The notes under the pieces are model-generated. The model was not told the DNA's origin. It searched no databases and worked only from the letters and a program-made list of their open reading frames with translations. From assembly GCF_006345805.1 (NCBI RefSeq), contig NC_043016.1, forward strand, positions 12,400,001 to 12,464,000: 64,000 nucleotides of DNA. The letters run 5' to 3'. Each line of letters starts with the position of its first letter. Within the stretch, counting starts at the first letter, position 1. Source of the DNA: Octopus sinensis. Its lineage: Eukaryota. Of this stretch, positions 1 through 12,763 are shown piece by piece. The translations under genes were made by a program, and so were the position numbers.

Positions 1-1807
1 CTTGATGTGTTGCATGCCACATTGTCTATGTAACACCAATGATAGTTTGCAAGCAAATTGTTTGATACTTTGCATGGTAGGAGATTGGAGTTGAGAGCTT
101 TGCTAGTGCTGATTAAGATTCTTTTTTGCTTTTTTTAAACCAATGAAGGGCATCCAGCCGTAGAAACATTGCCAGATCAGACTGGGCCTGGTGCAGCCTT
201 CTGGCTTCCCAGACCCCAGTTGAACCGTCCAACCCATGATAGCATGGAAAGCGGATGCTAAACGATGATGATGATGTATGTGTTTTTTGAGTAAGATTTG
301 CAATGTAGCATCTTCGAAAAATAACTTCTATAGCCTTAGGTTGACCAATGCTTTGTGGATTTTGCACAGAGAAACTGTATGAATGTCTATTGTGTGAATA
401 TAGACATTTTATAAGCAGTGCTTGCCACCATTTTTGAAAACCTGTGGGATAGGGTTGGCCAGAGGAAAAAGAACATCTGGTGCTTAAAAATCTCCCAAGT
501 AAGTCTCCATCTGACTCATGCTATCAAGGAAAAATGGATGTTAAGTAAATGAACTAGCATGGTCAATGAGTGTAATGGCATGAATCCCATGTTGTCATTT
601 GAAGACTCAGTGATATAAAAGATGAGTCTTAAAATATTTGAGGATTGGCATAGGAAGATAATGGGTCTGGTAATACTTTAGGATTGTGATGATTTTAGCC
701 CAAATTCTAGCATTTGGCATTGTTGATATAGAATGCAGTGATTCCTTCATTTTGTGATTTTTGCCAGTTCTTTAGGATTTTAATTGTTTAGATTTTTCTG
801 GTGTCTGATGACAGGGTGGGGTCTAGTGAGGCTTTAGATGGAACATGCATATATTACTTTTCCTTCATATGTAGGCGTGGCTGTATGGTAAGAAGTTTGT
901 TTCCCAACTGTGTGCTCCTGGGTTCATACCCACTGTGTGGCACTCTGGGCAAGTGTCTTTCACTATAGCCTTAGGCTGACCAAAATTTTCATAGATGGAA
1001 ACTGAAAGAAACCTGTTGTGTGTGTGCTTGTCTTGGCATTGCATAATAGTTATGAGTGTCATCACTGTCATTGAAGCTTCATTTCCAGTCTTCTAAAGAA
1101 ACATGTCTGGTCATGGTGAAATATCAACCAACTTGGAAACGGTGTGTGTTGGCAACAGGAGTCGCATTTAACAGTAGAGAATCTGCCTCAATAGACTTCA
1201 TCCAATTCAGGCAAGCACGGAAAAGTCAGCATTTAAGAGATGATGTTACATGGAATTGTTATGAATATTGTTGTTGTTGATCCTGTTAATTACTTTGTAT
1301 AATGTTTTACTGTTTGTTTTTGTGGTGTGTGTACTTACAATGGTTTACCAATTTTATTGTTCTTTGCTGTATTTTCCTTAGTTCTGTGTTTAGTTTCTTG
1401 ATATTGTGTTTGATGACATTTCTGTTGTGTAAGGTTTTCTTTTTTCTTTTAATGTCACTTTGTGGGATAAGTAATGGTTAGGAAGCATCAACTAATATTT
1501 AAAGAAGATATATGTACAGCAGTGTCTGTTTTGGTGATTGTAGTGCTGTCGAGTTCTGTAGGCCATAACTTTACCTTTTTAAAGTGATCCCCACTGAGCT
1601 TTCTTGAAGTACTTAAGCTGTAGTTAAGTGACAAAACCACAAAATGGATATATTTGGGGGTATTGTGGATTTAGGTCTATCCATAAATTAGTTCTTTTTG
1701 TCTGAAATGAAATCACATCAGTGTCAACTTTGTTTTCTAAGTAGTGCAGGTTGTACTGGAGTTCAAATAATTTCTGACCCATTTTTTTTTTAATTATTTA
1801 ATTTCAG

Positions 1808-1952
1808 TATAAGTGAAAAGAGACGCCAAAAAATGAAAAGTTTAGAGCAAGAAATTGATCGCCTAAAATTAAAAATGTCAGAATTTGCTCGTCTTCAGAA
1901 ATTAAAAGAGAATGCAGATAAAAAAATCAAAACCCTCGATCAAGACATACAG
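1808..1952 (+). CDS. KIF4: Chromokinesin KIF4, internal exon (ISEKRRQKMKSLEQEID...DQDIQ); earlier exons lie upstream of the window
   Basis: ttcAG acceptor 1806-1807, GTatgt donor 1953; peptide aligns with the human KIF4A stalk [22 protein letters not shown]... Confidence 0.93.
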
Positions 1953-2213
1953 GTATGTTTTTTTTTTACCTGTAATTTAAGTTGTCAAAAGATTTACAGA
2001 AGTACAATTTATTTGATAATCTATCTGTGTGTTATTGAATGTAGTAGCCATCTCTTCCAGCCAGTTAGATTGATTTGTGAAAAGTCAATTAGAAGAAGTC
2101 AATAAGTTACAAAGTAGTAAAGCTTCAGCTTTGATCCTCACATCAGTTGTGACAAAAAATGATTCCCTCTAATTTTCTTGTTCCCTTTTGTTACCAACTG
2201 CCCAAGACTTTAA

Positions 2214-2432
2214 CCCTTTAGTGTTCTGATTATTCTATCAAACATAATGCTTATTGATTCCCATTGATTTGAATTAATCCTGCATTATCTCATATCTTCA
2301 AGATCTTGATGTTGTAATTACTTAATGTAGAATAACATTGTAGGGTAGGTGTGAGAGCCTGGACCTGGTCACTTTGAGCATAAAACAGATTAAATATTTT
2401 GGCCGGATATGGCCGGTTTAAATACTAAAGGG
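2214..2432. mobile_element. piggyBac-like MITE family 1 (TTAA|CCCTTTAG...CTAAAGGG|TTAA)
   Basis: TTAA on both sides, 8-bp TIR; degenerate copies near 6070-6293, 10064-10295, 14130-14353, 61050-61273. Confidence 0.8.
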
Positions 2433-3000
2433 TTAAATGATAATCTCAGCACTAATGACATTAGTATGTTTGTGAAAATGTGTAATTTCACTACATAAAC
2501 AACTCAGTTACAATCTCCAACAGTTTTTGCAAGTTTTTGCAAATTTTTTTTCGCATTGATTTTCTGAAATTTTTTACTGTGGATTAGAAAAGGTCACCAA
2601 TTTCATTTTGCTTGGCAGTAAATCTGAATTTTAAGGATTCTCAGAAGACCTGGAAAAATCTAGCAAAATATACAGCAAATATTAAAATCACCTGTGTGAC
2701 TATATATTGGATTTTTTTTTGATTTCCAAAAGCTCCAGTAGCAACAAGGAAAATAAATTCATACCCTAGATGGTACAAGACTGGAAACTGCCTTTCTTGC
2801 TGATTTTTCAGTAGAAACTGGACCTAGCTACAGTCTTTCTTATAATATTAAACCAGGAGATTTTATAAATTTTCTCCTTTTCTTTTGACAGATACATTCC
2901 ATTACTTACAAGATTGCCATATGCTTACAAATAAGGAATTCTCACAAGTAATAATAAATGTCCCCCCCCCCCATTATAGTTTTGTGGTTCTATTTCTTAG

Positions 3001-3111
3001 ATCCTGAAAACCAACCGAGTTAATCTCATAAAGAAAATGAAGAAAGAATCTGACGTTTACCGTAGTTGGAAAATGAAAAAAGATGTGGAAGTTAACAAGC
3101 TTCTACAGAAT
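3001..3111 (+). CDS. KIF4: KIF4 exon (ILKTNRVNLIKKMKKESDVYRSWKMKKDVEVNKLLQN)
   Basis: cttAG/GTaag, 111 nt, phase 0-0; matches human [31 protein letters not shown]. Confidence 0.95.
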
Positions 3112-3294
3112 GTAAGATGTTTTGTTTTTTTTGACTCTTCTTATTTTTGTTCTTTTTCTATTGTGTGAATAATACAGCATATTGCATGTAACTTGGAAAT
3201 TTTAGATCCATATTTGTTTAATATTATTTAATGTATTTAATATTTTTAATTATTTAAAAAAAAACCTATACTATTTTATCTTCTATTTATATAG

Positions 3295-3378
3295 GACCGA
3301 AAAAGACAATTTGAAATCCAAAAGCTACAAAGAGCTCAAGAAAAGCAGCAGGCCATACTTAAAAGGAAATCTGAAGAG
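3295..3378 (+). CDS. KIF4: KIF4 exon (DRKRQFEIQKLQRAQEKQQAILKRKSEE)
   Basis: atAG/GTttct, 84 nt; matches human [28 protein letters not shown]. Confidence 0.95.
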
Positions 3379-3497
3379 GTTTCTGATAAATTCTTCATAA
3401 ATTTTCCTTAATTTTTTGTTGTTTTTTTGTTCTAATGTGCACGACTATGAGATTAACATATGAATAGTATTTTACAAAAAAAGAATCGTACTTTTTT

Positions 3498-3895
3498 CTC
3501 TCTTTTACTCTTTTACGTGTTTCAGTCATTTGACTGTGGCCATGCTGGAGCACCGCCTTTAGTCGAGCAAATCGACCTCGGGACTTATTTTTTGTAAGCC
3601 CAGTACATATTCTATTGGTCTCTTTTACCGAACTGCTAAGTGACGGGGATGTAAACACACCAGCATTGGTTGTGAAGCAATGTTAGGGGGACAAACACAC
3701 ACACATACATATATATATATACCCACATATATGATGAGCTTCTTTTAGTTTCCGTCTACCAAATCCACTCACAAGGCTTTGGTCGGCCCGAGGCTATAGC
3801 AGAAGACACTTGGCCAAGGTGCCACGCAGTGGGACTGAACCCGGAACCATGTGGTTGGTTAGCAAGCTACTTACCACACAGCCACTCCTGCACCT
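3498..3895 (-). mobile_element. SINE family A
   Basis: reverse complement of the 20437 copy. Confidence 0.88.
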
Positions 3896-5510
3896 TTTGT
3901 ACTTTTTAAAAAATTTTTTCACTTGTTTCAGTCATTGGACTGTAGCCATGCCGAGGTACTGCATTGAAGGCTTTTAGTTAAACTAATTTAACTGACTTAT
4001 TTTTAAAGTCTGGTACTTATCTATTAGACTAGCTAAGGTTCTAAATTGTGGAGGCATGAACAAACCAATACCAGTTTTCAAGCAGTGGTTGAAGATCACA
4101 CGCACAATGTGGGCTTCTTTCCATCTCCACCTACTAGATCCGCTCACAAGGCTTTGGTTACCTGGGGTTATAATAGAAGACTCTTGCCCAAAGTGCCACA
4201 CAGAACCCAAAACCATGTGGTAGGAAACCAGACTTCTTATAAGCACACGACCTAGACAAGATAAAATGGTACAATTCTTTTTTTGTAAAATACTATTCCT
4301 ATGCACATTAGACCAAAAAAAAAAGAATAATAATAATTCTTCAACTAATTCCACTTCATTATCTGTGCAAAAAGACTAATAAATTGCCAAGGAATTTCAA
4401 GTTCCTAACTTCTTAAACCTTTGCCTGTCCAAAGTATTTCCATAAGTTTGTCCTGGAGTGTCTGTTCTTGTTTTCAGACCTTTTATTATTAAGTCCTCAG
4501 GACATTTGGCAGTTGAAACAAGTCTACTACTGAGTCTGTCATTATGGGGACGCAAACAAACCAGCAGTGGTTGGGGACCAAACCTGGACACCAAACTGTT
4601 AATTGTTAATTAACATTTTCGTTAAGGATTTAACATCTAAGCTAATTGTGGAAATCATTATTGGACTAATTAATTTCCATTAACATCAATTGAATTGAAG
4701 TTAATGGATTTTAAAGGTGTATTTTGGTGGTTTTAGAGCAAAAACTGATTTTTTTCTGTAATAAAAATTGTTAACGGTTTATTGATAACTTGCGTTACTT
4801 TAGGTAATAATTGACTGATTAATGGTTATTGAAGTTAACTTTTTGGTCAATGGACTAACAGTTAACAAAGGTAACTTTTCGATTAACAGTTCCCAGCTTT
4901 GTTAGGGACAAACACAAAAATTTAAAAATATACACACACATATATATGTACATTATATATACATATACTTTTTGTTTTTCCCCCTCACTGTATAATTTTT
5001 TTTTTTTTTTTGCAATTAGCTTAATTTGATGCTCATTGCATTAAAAATATTAACACCCCGTCACTTAGCGGTTCGGCAAAAGAGGCCGATAGAATAAGTA
5101 CTGGGCTTACAAAGAATAAATCCCGGGGTCGATTTGCTCGACTAAAGGCGGTGCTCCAGCATGGCCGCAGTCAAACGACTGAAACAAGTAAAAGATAGAA
5201 GATACCAATATAATTAACCCTTTTGTTACTATATTTCAGCAGAAATATGCCTCCTTTGTTTTAATTAATTTTGAAAATAACTCAGAATTTAATAAACTTG
5301 ACTTATAAAGCTGGTGTTTAGAACACAAATTACTAAGAAATTTTGATGAAAGTTCTTATTTAGATCACATTAAAACAGGGGGTTTGTAACATAGAACCTG
5401 GGCCAGTTTCAAAAGTGATTTGGCATCCTTTAAATTTTGTTATTCGGTATGTGTCCTGTTTAATGTTGTTTATTGATAAACATAACAAACAAAAAAAATA
5501 TATATTGTAG

Positions 5511-5627
5511 GCTGCCGTTGCAAACAAACGATTGAAAGAGGCTTTAAAGAAACAAGCTCTTGTCAGGAATGATCGTAACAATAATTTTGAAAGATATGAC
5601 GCCAGTGCAAATGCAACAAAATTAAAG
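5511..5627 (+). CDS. KIF4: KIF4 exon (AAVANKRLKEALKKQ...ATKLK)
   Basis: tgtAG/GTatg, 117 nt; matches human AAAANKRLKDALQKQ. Confidence 0.95.
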
Positions 5628-5756
5628 GTATGATGGGTTTTGTTTTTGTTGAATTTTGTATGAATGTAAAAGGAATTTCAGTAATTTAGTTCCTCTCCTG
5701 ATTGTGAAAGGAACTTCGATATTTAACCCTGAGTCAACCTTGATTGAATAAATAGA

Positions 5757-5928
5757 TTGTAGCGGTCTCTGATATCCTCACTGTTTGAGAAACACGGCAG
5801 GAATAATCTCGTTTGAGATTACGGCCATCTTTGGCAACAGGAACAACTCGGCCAAAGATGGCCGTAATCTCAACGAGATTATTCCTGCCGTGTTTCTCAA
5901 ACAGTGAGGATATCAGAGACCGCTACAA
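5757..5928. repeat. Near-perfect hairpin, 79/78-bp arms, 15-nt loop
   Basis: 5757-5835 is the reverse complement of 5851-5928 apart from a 1-nt indel. Confidence 0.95.
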
Positions 5929-6730
5929 GATGATGAAAGGAATTCTAACTTTGAACCATATCGTTTGGGTTTTTTTTTAACCTATCGATATTTGTGATTT
6001 GTTGGTGATTTTGTCGCTTGTTCTAGCAGTGTAAGTGGGTCTGGTTAAATTTGAGTATAAGAATACAACAAAAAACCTTTTCGCATTTAGATTACTCTGT
6101 CAAATTTAATACTTATTTATTGACATTGTTTTGAATTAGTCATGTGTTATCTCGTAGCCTTGAGATTTCAGTGATGCATTTGTTTATATTTAGAATGACA
6201 TTGTAGGGTGGGTGTGAGAGGATAGATCTGGCCAGTTTGACAATAAAACAGGTAAAATATTCAATCTGGCTCATTTAAATGCTTAAGGATTAACTATTAA
6301 CTAATATCCAGTTATTTTTTTGTTTCTTGTTTCATTTTTTAATGTAGAACTTGTAGGATGTTCATTATTATCTTTGTTCCTCTATGATTGCATATATAAT
6401 CTCTTCTTTTATGTATACTTCAAGAAATGTCTTTTCCCAATCTATGATGTGTTTTTATCTATACGATTGAGTAACAAAAACAAGAAAAAAAAGATAAAAT
6501 GTTTGTATTACCAAAGGTTTTACATGATTATTGTATCAAACATGACAGAGAAATATGTTAAGAATTTAAGGGTTATTGAACACCCATGTCCTTGTTTAAA
6601 GCCAATGGCTTCCACCTATAGTGAACTTTTCTACCAACATACACTTTTCTTCCTTACATACACACACACATCTAGTCGAGAATTTGATTATATTGACAAA
6701 ACAAAGTGTAACTTACAATCGTTACTAAGT

Positions 6731-7113
6731 GGAGGCGCAATGGCCCAGTGGTTAGGGCAGCGGACTCGTGGTTGTAGGATCGCGGTTTCGATTCCCAGAC
6801 CGGGCGTTGTGAGTGTTTATTGAGCGAAAACACCTAAAAGCTCCACGAAGCTCCGGCAGGAGATGGTGGTGATCCCTGCTGTACTCTTTCACCACAACTT
6901 TCTCTCACTCTTACTTCCTGTTTCTGTTGTACCTGTATTTCAAGGGGCCGGCCTTGTCACTCTCTGTGTCACGCTGAATATCCCCGAGTACTACGTTAAG
7001 GGTGCACGTGTCTGTGGAGTGCTCAGCCTCTTACACGTTAATTTCACAAGCAGGCTGTTCCGTTGATTTGGATCAACCGGAACCCTCATCGTCGTAACCG
7101 ACGGAGTGCTTCC
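6731..7113 (+). mobile_element. tRNA-derived SINE family D, full length, 7-bp TSD ACTAAGT
   Basis: A-box TGGCCCAGTGG, B-box GGTTTCGATTCC; TSD 6724-6730 and 7114-7120; near-identical to 42059-42441. Confidence 0.9.
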
Positions 7114-7313
7114 ACTAAGTTTGGATGTAACTACTTAGAATTGTAAAAGCTTTTTTTTGTTTGTAATTGTTTCAATGACAACTAAATATATAAACCAATA
7201 AAAAGCATTATAAATCAGAAGTTACCTCTGGATCATTGCCTTTATGATGATATCTATGCATAAATGTCTTTGACAAGAAAGTAATATGTATAATTATGTT
7301 TATATAATGTCAG

Positions 7314-7448
7314 ACACTATTGGAACAAGAATTGGAAGTGAAAGTTCGAGTCAAGGAAGCAAAATACCACTTAAAGAATTTGGTCGAAGACCGAAAAACT
7401 TTGTCTTTGGAGTTGAGGCGCTTGAAAAATTCAGATCCACCTACAAAG
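7314..7448 (+). CDS. KIF4: KIF4 exon (TLLEQELEVKVRVKEAKYHLKNLVEDRKTL...DPPTK)
   Basis: cAG/GTtgg, 135 nt; matches human [30 protein letters not shown]. The ORF-track ORF at 7286 is a different, non-coding frame. Confidence 0.92.
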
Positions 7449-8738
7449 GTTGGTATCTTTTGTTTATAATTTTACTTATAACGCTTAAAATTTATATTAA
7501 GGAATTAAGGTATAAAAGTCTGAATGGGAGAGAATAAGAAATTTAAATGAAATGATCCCATCTCGGATTTCATGGGAAGTTTTTAGGGTTGCTAAAATAT
7601 GTAGAACAATCATTCATCCATCTTTTCCACTTGCTATTTGTAGAAGAATCTTGGAGGTAGAGTCCTCAGGCATCCCTTCCATAGGATCCTATCAGAAGTA
7701 ACCAAAATTACATGCTTCAGCAGGATTACCAAGTATGACGAACTAGCACTGGATGCTATTCGACCAACTCATTCTTTGGTCTACCCCTGGGTCTCCTGCC
7801 AATTGGCATGGCTTGAAGAATCCATCTTGGGATTCTTTCTTGTAACATTCACCTCGTGCTGGTGGTATGTTAGAAGCACCATTTGAGCGTGGTTGTTGCC
7901 AGTACCACCTAACTGGCTCCCATGCCGGTGGCATGTAAAAAGCGCCCACTACACTCTCAGAGTGGTTGGCATTAGGAAGGACATCCAGCTGTAGAAACCT
8001 TGCCAGATCAGATTGGAGCCTGGTGCAGCCTCTTGGCTTGCCAGTCACCAGTCAAACCGTCCAACCTATGGCAGCATGGAAAGCAGACTTTAAACGATGA
8101 TGATGATGATGATGTCCATGGTACCAGAGCTGTGACTTCCCAATGTTTGCCTACTTTGTATTCTTTTAACCAGTTTCTTCTCTTCCGAGGATCAGACACT
8201 GGAACTGGCACACTATTGTGCCAACTCCTGCAATTCTAGCATTCCATTCAGCTTCATGTTTCCCTGTATTCTTGAGATACTTAAACTCTCCACTTGTCTC
8301 AGTGATTCTTTCTTTTATTCTTTTACTTGTTTCACACTCTGGGATGCGGCCATGCTGGGGCACTGTTTCAAAGGGTTTAAGTTGAATGAAGTAATCCCAG
8401 TGCTTTTTTTTCTTTTAAGCCTGTTATTCTGTCAGTCTCTTAGGTCGAACTGCTAAGTTATGGGGATGTAAACAAACCAGCACTGGTTGTCAAGTAGTAG
8501 TGGTGAGACAAATACAAAGATGCACACACATGCTAATATGATGGGGGTTCTTTCAGTCTGCATCTGCCAAATTCACTCAATGCATCAGTTCATAGCTATA
8601 GATGAAACTTGCATAAGATGGCACGCAATGACGCTTGAACTCCCAATCCTGTAGTTGGGAATCAAACTTCTTACCACACAGCCAAGCTGCACCTGATGTA
8701 AAAAATTTTTTTAAAATTTTAATGAATTCCATTTTCAG

Positions 8739-8821
8739 AAACATATAACAACTGATGGTGATGGCAGTCCAAAGGAGGTGAACATTAGTATCAAAAAGTT
8801 AACTGATGAAATTAATGACAG
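8739..8821 (+). CDS. KIF4: KIF4 exon (KHITTDGDGSPKEVNISIKKLTDEINDR)
   Basis: ttcAG/GTttgt, 83 nt, phase 0-2, in frame with both neighbours. Confidence 0.85.
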
Positions 8822-9756
8822 GTTTGTGTTTGTATGTTAATTTTCTGAATGCTAGTGTTACTATATTTCTGTTAAAATGTATTGTTTTCATTCCATTTTG
8901 TTTTCAAAACCGATGAAGAATTTAGTAAACTAACTACGAGGTGCATTCCAGAATTTTTTAGACTTTTTCAGGAGAGACACTTATTAATTTCAAAGAAATA
9001 CAAAACACTATTCTCCTTCAAAGTAGTATCATCTCCCTTAACCCTTTCGTTACTATATTTCTGACCAAATTACACCCCTTATGTGTTTCAATTAATTTCT
9101 AACGTAATCATAAATTTAGTCTGGTTTCATTAAACAACTATAACTTTTTTATTTATCAATGTATTAACGTGATTTTTGGAAGATAATTTAATGAAATGTT
9201 CTCAACCAATTCTATACTATAATTTTTGTCACAAAGTGACTCTAATTGCAGGTAGATACAGGTAAATTCAACAAAATATAAAATTATTAAAATTTTCAAA
9301 CATCGCTATAGAAAATGGGTTATTAGCTAATATTCAATTGGGTATACAACAAAATTTTACGATAGAATTTGTTATTCTGGGTAACTTTCTGATACCCATA
9401 ATAATATTTATGGCAAAATAGTCTTAATTTCATTTAAGGTTGTGGGAAACCACAAACTATCCTTTCTTTCACTTTGTTTACATTTAGTGTAACAGTTCGT
9501 TTCCACCGTAGTTTTCTGATACCCATAATATTTTTGGGTAACTTTCTGATGCCCATAATAATATTTATGGCAAAATAGTCTTAATTTCATTTAAGGTTGT
9601 GGGTCTGAACTTGGAACCATGTGGTTGGGAAGCAAGCTTCTTACCACACTGCCATACCTGCTTATACATAATTCTGTGGATATGTAATATGAATCTAAAT
9701 TCCTTTATATTCTTAAATTTATTGCTATTTTCAATACTATTTCGCATATATTATAG

Positions 9757-9806
9757 AAATGTTCAAATTGCCACTCTTCAGTCAGAAATCCAAGAGGCAG
9801 AAAATG
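9757..9806 (+). CDS. KIF4: KIF4 exon (NVQIATLQSEIQEAEN)
   Basis: atAG/GTaag, 50 nt, phase 2-1; matches human RSAQIADLQQKLLDAE. Confidence 0.92.
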
Positions 9807-9954
9807 GTAAGAATTAATTCTGATTCCTTTTATTTTTTTGTCATTCCAGTCATAATTTTTTCTTTCTTTAAATTTAATTTTTCTTACATATATTTATTGC
9901 AGACATTAATATTAACCTTTTCTCTAAAATCTTGACAAAAATTATTTCTTTTAG

Positions 9955-10031
9955 ATAAATTCAAAGGATGCGTTGAAACGATCCGTAGCATCAATGATTC
10001 TAAAGTTCTTTTGAACTTTTTGATTGAGAAG
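9955..10031 (+). CDS. KIF4: KIF4 exon (DKFKGCVETIRSINDSKVLLNFLIEK)
   Basis: ttAG/GTaag, 77 nt, phase 1-0; aligns with human [23 protein letters not shown]. Confidence 0.9.
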
Positions 10032-10308
10032 GTAAGATTTTTATATTTTTCTTATCTCAACCGTTTAGCATTCAGATTATTCTGTCAAATGTGATGCTTA
10101 TTTTATCCACATTGTGTTGAATCAATCATGTATTTGTTTACTTTTAGAATGGCATTGTAAGGTTGGTGTGATATGCCAGATCTGGCTGATCTGAGCATAA
10201 AATAAGCAGGCTGTATGAGTTGGATCTGATCCTCTACATAAAATAGGTGGAATATTTGAGCTGGATGTAGCCAATGTAAATGCTAAAAAGTTAAAAGAGG
10301 ATATATAT

Positions 10309-10672
10309 CATCATCATTTAACATCTGTTTTCCATGCTAGCATGGGTTGGATGGTTCGAATGGGATCTGGGAAACCAGGAGGCTGCACCAGGCTCCAGTC
10401 TGATCTGGCAGTGTTTCTACAGCTGGATGCCCTTCCTAACGCCAACCACTCCAAGAGTGTAGTGGGTGCTTTTACATGCCACCGGCACGAGGGCCAGTTT
10501 GCTGGTACTGACAACGGCCATGCGCAAATGGTGCTTTTTACGTGCCACCTGCACAGGAGCCAGTCCAGTGGCACTGGCGACGGCCACGCTCGAATGTTTT
10601 ATGTGCCACCAGCACAAGTGCTAGTAAGGTGATGCGGTAACGATCACACTTGAATGGTGTGCTTAACGTGCC
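10309..10672 (-). mobile_element. Stand-alone LINE 3' UTR/(GAT)n tail (family C)
   Basis: catcatcatttaacatctgttttccatgctagc...; many more copies at ~140-275, 7880-8113, 12760-13048, 31344-31700, 38870-39050, 40757-41110, 44933-45215, 46073-46508. Confidence 0.85.
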
Positions 10673-10923
10673 ATATATATAAATAAATGTATGTGTATTT
10701 TTTCACTGTTTACAAATAACACGGGAAAAATAAATAAACAGGTACCAGGGTAGCAAAAATTCAGGCAAGTACCAAGGATATAACAGCCAACTTATAAAGG
10801 TAGAAACTCCAGGTTTTGGTGAAATGTTTTTATATAACATAGATAAATAAATAAATGGAGTAAATGCAGGTGTTATTCAAATCTTTAATGATTTTAATAA
10901 CACCTGCGTTTAACTCCATTTAT

Positions 10924-10959
<36 letters not shown>

Positions 10960-11098
10960 ATATATTTACTGGAAAGCAATATTCTCGTATTGCATTACTA
11001 TTTTCATTGAAACTTCTTCACTGTTCTCGTTCTGTTAACGTTTTGGCGTTCAGACGAGTGTACTGGCATAGATGTGCCAACATTTGAAATATTGTCGA

Positions 11099-11180
11099 GG
11101 TATATGTAGCTGATGAAGATAAATCAAATATACGTTGGCAGACGTATTTTGAAGAATCTGAAACCGGTACTGTAATATCC
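11099..11180 (+). ncRNA. Type I hammerhead ribozyme motif with intact core and GUA cleavage triplet
   Basis: stem I 11099-11109/11170-11180, CTGATGA 11110-11116, stem II AGAT/ATCT plus inner TACGT/ACGTA, GAAA 11160-11163, palindromic stem III ACCGGT, A17 at 11169. Confidence 0.75.
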
Positions 11181-11603
11181 GTTTCTAGGTATTTCATTTT
11201 TCAGATGTTTGTTGCACACACGCATCTTTACTAGTACATACGCAGTGAAGCTATACATTAGCGTCGTATTTATTACGTTCGCTATTTTCCAGTAAATATT
11301 GGTGCTTCGTTGTGCCATTTATTTACTTTTATGTATATATATATATATTCACAATTTAGTAGTTCTCTGCAAAACATGCTTCTTATTGAAGCAAATATTT
11401 ACATATAGCTAGAATGGCAATAATTTTCCATCTAACTTCAAGTTTTCAGTTCCTTTAAGACAGATTTTAGCACAGTCCACTCGACTGTTGGTTCTTTTTT
11501 TATTTATTTATATATTTATTGCAATGTCACTTGCAGGTGAATTAATGTCTTGTAATTTTTCATATTCTCATGCAGTCACATTAATTGAATCTCTTTCATA
11601 CAG

Positions 11604-11774
11604 AGTATCAAAGAACGGATTGATCATAATAATGACAAGTCTGCTGTAAAAGACCTTAAAAATAATTATTTGGAAGCTGTCAAAGAGAAAGACTCAAGTG
11701 AAATGAAAGCGAAATCATTACAGAATCAGCATGAATCAAGTCTTGTGGACTTGCAGCAGAAATATGAAAGCAAG
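11604..11774 (+). CDS. KIF4: KIF4 exon (SIKERIDHNN...LQQKYESK)
   Basis: acAG/GTaac, 171 nt open frame, coiled-coil composition ending like human EQQHQEK. Confidence 0.88.
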
Positions 11775-12727
11775 GTAACTTTTAAATTATTAATCCGAAA
11801 ACACATGTGAGTACTTACGTATGTATGTGTGCACAAATGGTGGTGCCCCAGCATGGCCACAGCTCGTGTGCTGAAACTAGATAAAATAGAATTTAAAAAA
11901 TTATAAAAAGCACAAACTTAAACTCATTGTTATAACATCATCGTCATCATTATCATTGTTTTATTGTTCACTTTTTCATTCTTATGAGTTGGACGAAGTT
12001 TAGTTTAGACAGATTTTCTACAGCCAGACGCCCTTTTGGTGTTGCCAACACTCACCTGTTTTCAAATAAGGTATTATATCTCTCCATGGCCAATCATGTT
12101 CTTGCAGAATATTGGAAATCAAAAACATGCTGCTATGTGAAACAACAACAAGCATTTATGATTAACATGCAATATCAAGTCAAGGAGATACGAGCATACA
12201 CACGTTTGTACAGGCATACATTCTAACACATGTTTCAGCTTCTGTGTATCTAGTCCACTTACAAGGCATTGGATGGTCCAGATGATGCTTGCCCATGGTG
12301 CCACCCAATGGGACTGAACCTAAAATCACGTGTTTGAGAAGTGTACTTCTTAACCACACAGCCATGTTATCTATAATATAAATTGGACATGGGCGATCGT
12401 TGTATTCTTTCTTGTCTTGAGGTTCACAGCCAAACGGCAGGGTGGATTCGCGTGAAAAATGGCACACGTGTGGGGACAGGTGCATAGATTGGAATGCACT
12501 TTGTATTTTTTTCCTAGCCCCCATACTTACTGAGAAAATTGATTAAAGCTTTTCTAGTGGAATTCCCCCTCTTTCTTTCACCATAAAAACAACCAGTTAT
12601 TTAGAAGCTGTTTTCTGACAGGGTGGGGTCAGGAAATGTTCATACAGCTGGAGACTCCAATCGAAACAGGGGACCCAAAATGATAAGGTTGAGAAACGCT
12701 GTTATAGATTATGCCTAATCGAAAACG

Positions 12728-12763
<36 letters not shown>

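Noticed and set aside
4560-4900. gttaac/ttaac-rich segment resembling a hAT-type MITE
   Set aside because: TIRs and an 8-bp TSD could not be defined.
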